From: a virus
Taxonomy: Duplodnaviria; Heunggongvirae; Uroviricota; Caudoviricetes
IMG/VR virus record: IMGVR_UViG_2548876852_000004
Location: 1-8,279 of that record
DNA: 8,279 bases
Strand: one strand, 5' to 3'
The notes under the pieces are model-generated. The model did no database searches. It saw only the letters and a list, made by a program, of their open reading frames with translations, and was not told the DNA's origin. The stretch's first letter is position 1; every line of letters starts with the position of its first letter. Position numbers and translations under genes: made by a program. This document shows positions 1-6,465 of the stretch, in pieces.

Positions 1-8
1 CCCGCACG

Positions 9-287
9 TTACCTCCAGATGCGTTGCTGGAATGTGCGGGACGGACGCGGTGGGCGTTCGGAGTAAGGAAGCCTGACGGAGATTATCCAGTGACGATAAT
101 CGAGACTGAGGGCTTTCTTAACCTCGTATCCGCGCCTGCGGTAATACTGAATCAGCCATTCAGCCTGTTCTTCGGTGCAGGGGTCGTGCTGATACCAGTC
201 AGATTTGAATGCATGAGAACGCCGCCCGTGCCTGCTGGCAGGGGCGGCAGAGTTATCCGAATTGTAAAATTTGGTATCGTGCGCCAT
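9..287 (-). CDS. hypothetical protein (~92 aa), start and strand uncertain
   Basis: Minus-strand ORF with ATG at 285-287 and stop at 9-11; W/Y/R-rich composition and E. coli-like codon usage. The longer 9..416 version reads through an intrinsic terminator and is unlikely. SD is weak (AGAGAAAA) and no convincing promoter was found. An overlapping plus-strand ORF (24..413) cannot be fully excluded. Confidence 0.3.
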   Translation of the reverse strand: MAHDTKFYNSDNSAAPASRHGRRSHAFKSDWYQHDPCTEEQAEWLIQYYRRRGYEVKKALSLDYRHWIISVRLPYSERPPRPSRTFQQRIWR

Positions 288-357
288 CTGTTTTCTCTGC
301 TGGCGCAGCAGGTGCCAGTTGTTCAGGCTGACGGATGGATTGTAAACCAGAACGACC

Positions 358-386
358 AGAAAAAACAAAACCCGCCGAAGCGGGTT
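358..386 (-). terminator. rho-independent terminator downstream of hok
   Basis: On the minus strand: stem AACCCGC / GCGGGTT (7 bp, plus coords 369-375 and 380-386) with loop TTCG, followed directly by TTTTGTTTTTT (A-run 358-368 on plus). It lies about 70 nt past the hok stop codon. Confidence 0.7.
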
Positions 387-454
387 AAGTGCGGGTGCGT
401 TGAGGATGCCTGACACATCAGCGGTGGCGAGGGATTTCTCCCCCGCCTGGTCTC

Positions 455-610
455 TTACTCCTCAGGTTCGTAAGCTGTGAAGACAGCGACCTCCGTCTGG
501 CCGGTTCGGATTCGTACCTCGCAGAGGTCTTTCCTCGTTACCAGTGCCGTCACTATGACGGTTAAACAGATGACGATCAGGGCGATTAACATCGCCTTTT
601 GCTGCTTCAT
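455..610 (-). CDS. hokD: Hok/Gef-family type I toxin (51 aa, single transmembrane helix)
   Basis: Translation MKQQKAMLIALIVICLTVIVTALVTRKDLCEVRIRTGQTEVAVFTAYEPEE matches the Hok/Gef family and, as I recall it, HokD (RelF) in particular. ATG at 608-610 is preceded by AGGAG with 8-nt spacing; stop TAA at 455-457. The tracked ORF 455..649 begins at an upstream TTG with no SD. Family call is firm; the paralog name is from memory, and the K-12 relBE neighbours are absent here. Confidence 0.8.
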   Translation of the reverse strand: MKQQKAMLIALIVICLTVIVTALVTRKDLCEVRIRTGQTEVAVFTAYEPEE

Positions 611-624
611 AACCTGCTTCTCCT

Positions 625-1830
625 GTGTAAGTTCACAGAGATATTGCAATTGCCTCCGGATAAGTAAGGGGAGATTGCACTATGCAAATGCAGCATCTGA
701 TGGTTGGCTATCCTAAGTACTACCAAACGGCCGATTATGCGTTGAGGCTTTCAGTGATGGCTGATATAGCAACAATGAGAATGAAGGCTCTGCACTTCTG
801 GGATAAACACGGTATTTCTGCAGCTTCTGAAGCCTTTGGCGTGTCCTGCCGCACGCTTTACTGGTGGCGTCAGTTACTGAACAAGGAAGGACCTGAGGGG
901 CTAATCCCGCACAGTAAGGCACCTCTGGTGCGACGAAAAAAACACTGGCATCCCGATGTGCTGAAAGAGATTCGACGCCTCAGGACAGAGCTGCCGAACC
1001 TCGGTAAAGAGCAGATTTTTGTTCGCCTGAAGCCCTGGTGCGAACAGCGCTATCTGGCCTGTCCGAGTGTTTCCACCATCGGCAGAATGATCGCTGCCGC
1101 ACATGATAAAATGCGGATGATACCTGTGCGTCTGGGATCGCGGGGGAAGGCACTGCTTGTCAAAAAGCGGTCTGCCAAACCCCGCAGGCCAAAGCACTAC
1201 CGCCCGGTAAAGACAGGTGAGCTCATTGGGATGGACGCCATTGAGCTCAGAATGGGCGAACTGCGTCGCTATGTCATCACCATGATCGACGAATGCAGCA
1301 ATTACGCGCTGGCGCTGGCTGTGCCGTCACTCAACAGTGATATCGTCAATCACTTCTTCAGCCGCGCAGCCCGGTTGTTCCCGGTCGGTATCAGCCAGAT
1401 AATCACAGATAACGGAAAAGAGTTCCTGGGAAACTTCGACAAAACGCTGCAGGAAGCCGCTATCAAACACCTCTGGACCTATCCCTACACGCCAAAAATG
1501 AACGCTATCTGTGAACGTTTTAACCGGACGTTAAGAGAGCAGTTTATTGAATTTAATGAGATTTTACTCTTTGAAGATCTGGCGCTATTTAACCAGAAGC
1601 TGGCGGAATATCTGGTGCTGTATAACAGCAAAAGACCCCACAAGGCGCTCGCACTAATGACGCCCGTGGAATATATTTTAAAAGAGAATAAAAATTGCAA
1701 TATGTGGTGGACCCATACATCTCCTTGCCTTTCGGCGCGTAAGAGGCTAACCTACGTTTGTGAAGCATAGATTGGGCCTCAGATTAATGTTAAGCGTCTT
1801 GCAGGACGCGTAATGTTAACTGGGGCTTTT
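625..1830 (+). mobile_element. putative insertion sequence carrying the DDE transposase; boundaries not resolved
   Basis: Single transposase ORF wedged between hok and phage genes. Terminal inverted repeats could not be identified confidently by eye: only a shared TTCACA/TGTGAA motif near 633-638 and 1759-1764. The extent given is approximate. Confidence 0.3.
682..1770 (+). CDS. DDE transposase with N-terminal HTH and rve integrase core (IS481-family-like)
   Basis: 362-aa ORF. N-terminal HTH-like segment (ALHFWDKHGISAASEAFGVSCRTLYWWRQ). Catalytic triad candidates D (GMDAIE), D (ITDNGKEF) and E (NAICERFNRTLREQ), with about 35 residues between the second D and E, followed by KRPHKAL. SD AAGGGGAG sits 8 nt upstream of ATG 682. 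Confidence 0.8.
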   Translation: MQMQHLMVGYPKYYQTADYALRLSVMADIATMRMKALHFWDKHGISAASEAFGVSCRTLYWWRQLLNKEGPEGLIPHSKAPLVRRKKHWHPDVLKEIRRLRTELPNLGKEQIFVRLKPWCEQRYLACPSVSTIGRMIAAAHDKMRMIPVRLGSRGKALLVKKRSAKPRRPKHYRPVKTGELIGMDAIELRMGELRRYVITMIDECSNYALALAVPSLNSDIVNHFFSRAARLFPVGISQIITDNGKEFLGNFDKTLQEAAIKHLWTYPYTPKMNAICERFNRTLREQFIEFNEILLFEDLALFNQKLAEYLVLYNSKRPHKALALMTPVEYILKENKNCNMWWTHTSPCLSARKRLTYVCEA

Positions 1831-1954
1831 CTCTGTCTGCCTTACGGTGGCATGCCCGAGGCAGACAGCCTCAAGCACCCGCAGCAATTCTACTTAACTC
1901 TCGCTTTACAGCAAACCGTTTTGCCCGATATGGGAATTCCCATACGGAATGAAT

Positions 1955-2059
1955 TCAGTTCCCCAGGCGCTCCATCAAAAACACAACCAGGCAGTAAACA
2001 CCCACAACAGCAATAACAGCCAGAGCGCCTTCCATTACCAGTGAAATATCATCCGACAT
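1955..2059 (-). CDS. candidate small hydrophobic peptide (34 aa, one predicted TM helix)
   Basis: Not in the ORF track (below its length cutoff). ATG at 2057-2059 is preceded by a strong SD AAGGGAGGG (spacer about 3-4 nt). Translation MSDDISLVMEGALAVIAVVGVYCLVVFLMERLGN has acidic/charged ends and a hydrophobic core. Stop TGA at 1955-1957. An AT-rich possible promoter lies at 2060-2168. Confidence 0.3.
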   Translation of the reverse strand: MSDDISLVMEGALAVIAVVGVYCLVVFLMERLGN

Positions 2060-2168
2060 ATTCCCTCCCTTGGTGTGAATCCCGGCGAACGTTTTTACCC
2101 CCACCGACAAATAACATATACTAGAAAAGCAATAGCTATAGCAACGCCTGCAAATGCATCTGGCCGGC

Positions 2169-2732
2169 TCATTGGTTCTCCCCCTGTGTCGCTTCTACTG
2201 CGATCTGACTGGCGTATTCGTTAATGGTAACGATAAGTTCTTGCTCGGCCTCATCCAGACAACTACCGATACCTCGCCTGTCCACTTCAGAAGCATCGAA
2301 ATCTGCACGAAGCCTGGCGACCTTCAGGATTGCGGACAACACCTCATCAGGGATTGCCGGAGAGTTGGTTGACGTTTCCGAGATTATCCGAAAATTATTG
2401 GTTGACGAACCCTTATTTTCCCGAAAGTTTCCAGCCTGAAGCATGGCGGCGCGGTGACACCAGATAATCCAGCCAAGCGCCATATCCCATGCCATGTATT
2501 CTCTATCGCCATTTTTTGCTCTGCGGCGATCTACAGATTCCCCGAAACGCTTCTCCATAAATAATTCATAGGCTGCCCGTTCATCCGATACTGATGCCAG
2601 TGATGCCAGTGCAATTTTTAATGCGGTAAGCATGTTGTTTTGATCTTCATCGAGTCCGAACGGTATTTCATCCCGTGATGACTCAATTCCGGTAATCGTG
2701 TACTGTAGCCATTCTTTGGTTAATTCAGTCAT
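2169..2732 (-). CDS. hypothetical protein (187 aa), orphan gene with its own upstream region
   Basis: ATG at 2730-2732, stop at 2169-2171. A 126-bp AT-rich gap (2733-2858) separates it from the upstream gene. No recognisable domain motif by eye. Confidence 0.6.
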   Translation of the reverse strand: MTELTKEWLQYTITGIESSRDEIPFGLDEDQNNMLTALKIALASLASVSDERAAYELFMEKRFGESVDRRRAKNGDREYMAWDMALGWIIWCHRAAMLQAGNFRENKGSSTNNFRIISETSTNSPAIPDEVLSAILKVARLRADFDASEVDRRGIGSCLDEAEQELIVTINEYASQIAVEATQGENQ

Positions 2733-2766
2733 TTTTCACTACCGCCCTTTCGGGCGGTCTCCTGAT
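2733..2766 (-). promoter_or_regulatory. 5' UTR stem-loop placed between the SD and the start codon of the 187-aa gene
   Basis: Minus-strand RNA reads ...CAGGAG-ACCGCCC-GAAA-GGGCGGU-AGUGAAAA-AUG. The stem is a perfect 7 bp (plus coords 2741-2747 / 2752-2758) with a GAAA tetraloop. The SD AGGAG (2759-2763) is 26 nt from AUG in linear sequence but about 8 nt if the hairpin folds. No U-tract follows on either strand, so it is not a terminator. Confidence 0.45.
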
Positions 2767-2858
2767 GTTCTGAGGGTGCAGGAATCCCTCCGGTTAAGGA
2801 TTTAATAAAAATCATTTCTGATTTAAATTTTCAGTGTTTAGTTGTTGGTTTATAGCCT

Positions 2859-3170
2859 TTATGCTTCGGCCTTATTTCTCAGCCATACACAAACAGGACC
2901 ATCTTCGGTGTCATGTATCGAACCGATAAACCATCCCTCACCTTCTGGTCGCTCAGGTTCCCATGCTGAAATATCAGGGCCATCTGCGTCCAGATTAAAA
3001 TCATCTTCATCCATACTACGGATAGCCCACTGAAGATTATTTTTCTCCATCCAGGCGTTAAACTCTTCCGTTGAAATATATTCCCGACCATCACAGAATT
3101 TTTCATATTCAGGATGCGTCCAGCAGCCATATTCATTACGTTCCACTGGCATTTCTTTAATTGCGCTCAT
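2859..3170 (-). CDS. hypothetical phage protein (103 aa, acidic)
   Basis: ATG at 3168-3170 is preceded by a G-rich SD (GGGGGGG) and directly follows the upstream gene stop (TAAATG). Part of a run of tightly packed minus-strand genes. Confidence 0.6.
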   Translation of the reverse strand: MSAIKEMPVERNEYGCWTHPEYEKFCDGREYISTEEFNAWMEKNNLQWAIRSMDEDDFNLDADGPDISAWEPERPEGEGWFIGSIHDTEDGPVCVWLRNKAEA

Positions 3171-3356
3171 TTACCCCCCCTTATTTAATTTTCTACGACA
3201 CTTTTTACAATCATCTGGACTTTCGAATGTATCCGGCTCACGCTCATTGCCAAAATACATCCACCCACCGCAAGTACTTGTTATTTCACCTTCAGCAAAA
3301 TAATGATGCTTTTTCGCCATAAGTGGCCTTGCCCAGCCCGGATTCGTTTTACTCAC
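3171..3356 (-). CDS. small Cys-containing protein (61 aa), possible zinc-ribbon-like
   Basis: GTG start at 3354-3356 is preceded by a strong SD AAGGAGG (spacer 6). GTGA overlap with the upstream gene stop. Cys residues at TSTCGG and CKKC. Confidence 0.55.
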   Translation of the reverse strand: MSKTNPGWARPLMAKKHHYFAEGEITSTCGGWMYFGNEREPDTFESPDDCKKCRRKLNKGG

Positions 3357-3709
3357 TTGTTGCCTCCTTTGCGAAGCTCTGCGACTAACTCGTCACATAT
3401 GTGCGTCAAAGAGCAAAGTTTGATTGCTGGATGTTCGCGCACCATCTCCACACCCTGCGCCCGCAATTCTGCCAGAAAAGCGTAGGGGTCAGTTTTTTCA
3501 CTGTGGTACATGGCATCATAGATAATCATTGCAGCGACACCTGCCTGTCCTGCATCTGTGACGGATATATGCTCAAGGGCTACGGCCATTGCGTGTTTCA
3601 ACCTCTCATTTTCCACCTCAAGCACCACACGATTAGCCTCCAGCTCTTCTATGCGTTTTTTTGCTGCTCCCAGCTCAACACGCAGCTCCTGATAGTTAAT
3701 CTCGCTCAT
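3353..3709 (-). CDS. hypothetical phage protein (118 aa) with N-terminal coiled-coil-like segment
   Basis: ATG at 3707-3709 is preceded by GGGAGGAAGGAGA. ATGA overlap with the upstream 74-aa ORF stop. N-terminal heptad-like region ELRVELGAAKKRIEELEANRVVLEVENERLK. Confidence 0.6.
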   Translation of the reverse strand: MSEINYQELRVELGAAKKRIEELEANRVVLEVENERLKHAMAVALEHISVTDAGQAGVAAMIIYDAMYHSEKTDPYAFLAELRAQGVEMVREHPAIKLCSLTHICDELVAELRKGGNK

Positions 3710-3930
3710 TCTCCTTCCTCCCGCACTGCTGTTTTATATGCCCGAAGCACATGCGATGTTTTTCCTGACACAGTGCTTCTCAGAAAGAAAATTCCACTGG
3801 TGTTTATTACCAGATACGGGTCAGCAAGACGCAGCATATCCAGTATGTGATTATGTTTTCTTGTTTCCAGCACCGTACTGGAAATAAGCATATGTGACAC
3901 GGGGCCGAAATCATGATATCTGATTTTCAT
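3706..3930 (-). CDS. hypothetical protein (74 aa)
   Basis: ATG at 3928-3930 has a modest SD (AGGGTG). Its stop overlaps the next start (ATGA), indicating translational coupling within the operon. Confidence 0.5.
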   Translation of the reverse strand: MKIRYHDFGPVSHMLISSTVLETRKHNHILDMLRLADPYLVINTSGIFFLRSTVSGKTSHVLRAYKTAVREEGE

Positions 3931-3951
3931 ATCATCACCCTGCTGTAAAAA

Positions 3952-4707
3952 TTACCCGTTATCTCCTGTCGTTATTTTCTGTATGACATCACGATGCTTA
4001 TTAATTTCCCGCAGCGCGGCGCATAAGCGCTCCCACTTCTGAACCTGACCTTTTGCCCGGCGCAGCTCGCGGTTAGCCACATGCAGCGATGGTAAAATCA
4101 GACCATCCGGATGCTTTCTGATGAACGACGACTGTGACTGCACTGTGACCGCCACACTTTCAGTTTTAATTTCTTCCTGTGTTTCCGCTTCCCGGACTGG
4201 TAACGCAGCACCTGCTGGCTGAGGAAAGGCCTTACCATCATTTTTCGTTACCGGCGCGGCTTTCGGATCTGCTGGTAAATTCCCCCCCGACATGCAGTAA
4301 CGAAATTTACCGTTCTGATTAACGCGTGCCAGCCGCCCCGTTGCGGTTACCACCGCCAGCGTGGAAGCAACCTTGCGAGTACTGACGCCGAACTTACCCG
4401 CCAGTTCCTCACACGTTTTAGCACCATCCTGACCGATAAACTCAACCATCATGTCTGCGGTAACTTTTGGAGCGACCTCTTCGGTTACCACATCCGGCGC
4501 TTCAGGTTGTAGTGCCTGCCCTTCGGTTACCCCGGCTTCACCTTCGACAGCCAGAAACCAGGTGTGACCCGTTTTATCAACAACGCCATTTTTTTTGAGT
4601 TCCCACAGTTCGTTAAGAACTTCTTCACGGCTGATATCAAGCCGCGCCGCCAGTTCAACAGAATTGGCTTTTCCCATCGCTTTCAGTGCATGCAATACAG
4701 TTTCCAT
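3952..4707 (-). CDS. hypothetical phage protein (251 aa) with two winged-helix-like segments separated by Pro/Ala/Glu-rich linkers
   Basis: ATG at 4705-4707 is preceded by SD GAGGT (spacer about 9). Two HTH-like segments: N-terminal (SVELAARLDISREEVLNELWELKKNGVV) and central (KTCEELAGKFGVSTRKVASTLAVVTATGRL). Sits immediately downstream of the replication genes. Confidence 0.65.
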   Translation of the reverse strand: METVLHALKAMGKANSVELAARLDISREEVLNELWELKKNGVVDKTGHTWFLAVEGEAGVTEGQALQPEAPDVVTEEVAPKVTADMMVEFIGQDGAKTCEELAGKFGVSTRKVASTLAVVTATGRLARVNQNGKFRYCMSGGNLPADPKAAPVTKNDGKAFPQPAGAALPVREAETQEEIKTESVAVTVQSQSSFIRKHPDGLILPSLHVANRELRRAKGQVQKWERLCAALREINKHRDVIQKITTGDNG

Positions 4708-4732
4708 CGAAAATTTACCTCGTCAAAAATTC

Positions 4733-5464
4733 TCACATACCCTGACGTCCAACGTTTGACCGCCAGCTCTCCCAGTTAAAATTCACCCAACGACCACCAT
4801 TCATGGTCATACGGTCCATCACCCGATCTCCGAGGAGTGTGCTCATCGCTGCGTGATTCAGGTTCGTCAGCATTCCGACACTACGCATCGAAGCCGTTCT
4901 GCGGTCGACTATCTGGTTCAGCGTGACCTGCTCGTTGCGCGTATCCCGCTGCATGCCAATTTCATCAAGGACCAGAAGGTCAACTCCACAAAGCTCCTGT
5001 AAAAATTTTTCCCCGGACTGGCCGTTGTCGTAGCCGTCATGCAACACGCTCATGACATCGGACACGGTGACGATAATCACGCTTCTCCCCTTCGCCATCA
5101 GCCGATTGCCAATCGCTGCTGCCAGGTGATTTTTACCGGTACCAGGTTTACCGCTGAACACGAAGTTTGTACATCCGGTCATCAATTCATCGGCAATGGA
5201 TTTCGCCTGGCTCAGAGCATGGCGCTGACCGTCGTTCTGCACCCGGTAGTTCCCGAATGAGCACTTCCTGTGAAGCGGCTGGATGCCCGCACGGTTCAGG
5301 ATTTTTTCAACCCGCACCTGATGATTCAGGCGGTTAATCTCCTCGCTGCGTTTTCGTCCTTCAGCAAGTTGCCATTCCCGCCACTCCTCCACCGTCCGGT
5401 ACGGTGGAACCGCCCCCCTGTGGTGCAAGTCTGCGAATACGTTCAAGAACCCCAACTGCCGCAA
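4733..5464 (-). CDS. DnaC-like replicative helicase loader (AAA+ ATPase, IstB/DnaC family)
   Basis: Walker A GKPGTGKNHLAAAIG and Walker B LLVLDEIG. N-terminal region aligns with the DnaC N-terminus as I recall it (IQPLHRKCSFGNYRV...GQRHALSQAK). First in-frame start is TTG at 5462-5464 with no strong SD, so the exact start is uncertain. Confidence 0.85.
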   Translation of the reverse strand: MRQLGFLNVFADLHHRGAVPPYRTVEEWREWQLAEGRKRSEEINRLNHQVRVEKILNRAGIQPLHRKCSFGNYRVQNDGQRHALSQAKSIADELMTGCTNFVFSGKPGTGKNHLAAAIGNRLMAKGRSVIIVTVSDVMSVLHDGYDNGQSGEKFLQELCGVDLLVLDEIGMQRDTRNEQVTLNQIVDRRTASMRSVGMLTNLNHAAMSTLLGDRVMDRMTMNGGRWVNFNWESWRSNVGRQGM

Positions 5465-5480
5465 TGTTTTTCATGACACG

Positions 5481-6443
5481 TCACCCCCTGAATCCCGGCG
5501 GTATTTCAGTGTCCGGTTCAGAAATGTGATTCACGCAACGCTGCGCGGGCGAACGCCCCAGGCGGATAACCAGTTCATCCCATTTTTCCCGGAGTTTTGC
5601 CGGACTCATGATGTTTTTTACCCAGAACGAATCCCGCTGGAGACGCCCAAACATTTCACAAATTTGTCTGTGAGTTCTGCCATCCAGCATCCGCATTGTC
5701 CGCACGTCATTGGCCCATGCAGTCCAGTTGGGTTCTTTCGGTCTCGTGATCTCGCCATCATCGCTGGCCGCCTGCTCGTAAAGACTCACGATTCGTCCCC
5801 AGATCCACTGTGCGCACACCAAATCTTCCTGACTTCCCCACTGGCGTTTTTTCGCACTGAACACAACCGCGTCAGGGTGTCGGGTTAAAAAATCCTGTTC
5901 AGCCGTCTGCGGGTCCGGTTGCGAAGCGTCCGGACAAGAAGATCTTTTATCTGACGGATCAGGTTTTAATACTGACGGATCGGGGTCAATCATCGCCCCC
6001 CTAATCGGCAGTTTGTTATCAACAGTTGATCCATCAAAATTTGACGGGTCAACCGTTGAGGGGGCAATATTTGACGGGTCAACTGTTAACGGGTCATTTT
6101 TTGCCGGGCTAATTTTTCTTTTCGGTTTATATGACTCACGCGCCGCTGCCGCAGCTGCTTCGAGTTTTTCCACATTAAGCCGATAGATATTGCTTACATT
6201 ACGCCCACCGACCTTACGCTCTTCCTTCGTCAGCCAGCCCTCTTTCGCCAGTTCTGCAATAGCCGATTTCACTGTGGATTCACTTCTTGCACCGATCTGA
6301 CGCCGGATAGTTTCAATGGCAGGCCATGACACGCCCTCGTCATTGCTGTAGTCTGCAAGACGGGCCATAACCGCCACCCTGGATAAGATCATGCCGGTGA
6401 AGGCGCACCCTTCCCAGACAAGACCATGAAGCTTGCTGCTCAT
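5481..6443 (-). CDS. lambda O-like replication initiator
   Basis: C-terminal domain matches the lambda O C-terminus as I recall it (WANDVRTMRMLDGRTHRQICEMFGRLQRDSFWVKNIMSPAKLREKWDEL vs lambda WANDIRLMRERDGRNHRDMCVLFRWACQDNFWSGNVLSPAKLRDKWTQL). N-terminal HTH region and a repeat-containing linker. ATG at 6441-6443 is preceded by GGGGG; the tracked ORF starts at an upstream GTG (6458). Confidence 0.85.
   Translation of the reverse strand: MSSKLHGLVWEGCAFTGMILSRVAVMARLADYSNDEGVSWPAIETIRRQIGARSESTVKSAIAELAKEGWLTKEERKVGGRNVSNIYRLNVEKLEAAAAAARESYKPKRKISPAKNDPLTVDPSNIAPSTVDPSNFDGSTVDNKLPIRGAMIDPDPSVLKPDPSDKRSSCPDASQPDPQTAEQDFLTRHPDAVVFSAKKRQWGSQEDLVCAQWIWGRIVSLYEQAASDDGEITRPKEPNWTAWANDVRTMRMLDGRTHRQICEMFGRLQRDSFWVKNIMSPAKLREKWDELVIRLGRSPAQRCVNHISEPDTEIPPGFRG
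6017..6133. repeat. putative phage replication origin inside the O-like gene: three 11-bp palindromic iterons at 30-bp spacing plus an AT-rich tract
   Basis: TCAACAGTTGA (6019-6029), TCAACCGTTGA (6049-6059) and TCAACTGTTAA (6079-6089), the last two each preceded by TTGACGGG, followed by the AT-rich stretch 6094-6133. On the coding strand they encode repeated TVDPSN peptides, matching lambda's ori-within-O arrangement. Confidence 0.55.
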
Positions 6444-6465
6444 AAAACCCCCGAACACCGTGCTT

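Noticed and set aside
24-413. Plus-strand 129-aa ORF
   Set aside because: Fully antisense to the more protein-like minus-strand ORF, Gly/Val/Pro-rich with low-complexity character and no SD; kept only as an unresolved alternative.
607-696. 29-aa minus-strand ORF ending in an ATGA overlap with the hok start, considered as a mok analogue
   Set aside because: Classical mok overlaps most of hok in another frame; this ORF lies antisense across the transposase start and has no SD.
477-716. Plus-strand 79-aa ORF overlapping hok
   Set aside because: Antisense to the well-supported hok CDS; Cys/Ser-rich composition typical of a spurious frame.
713-1700. Minus-strand ORFs 713-922, 901-1197 and 1485-1700
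   Set aside because: All lie antisense within the transposase coding sequence, which has clear DDE motifs.
1813-2016. Plus-strand 67-aa ORF
   Set aside because: Pro/Gln-rich low-complexity translation with no SD; it overlaps the better-supported 34-aa minus-strand ORF. It may reflect antisense transcription rather than a protein.
2154-2439. Plus-strand ORFs 2154-2372 and 2224-2439
   Set aside because: Antisense within the 187-aa gene; no ribosome binding sites.
2741-2758. Hairpin considered as an intrinsic terminator
   Set aside because: No U-tract follows the stem on either strand; its position between SD and AUG fits a translational element better.
2842-3136. ORFs 2842-3033 (+) and 2879-3136 (-)
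   Set aside because: Alternative frames overlapping the 103-aa gene, which has a proper start and operon context.
3303-3850. Plus-strand ORFs 3303-3485 and 3401-3850
   Set aside because: Antisense to the coupled minus-strand operon; Cys/His-rich spurious-looking translations.
4564-5888. Plus-strand ORFs 4564-4779, 5039-5260, 5270-5476 and 5526-5888
   Set aside because: Antisense to the DnaC-like and O-like genes, which have strong family signatures.
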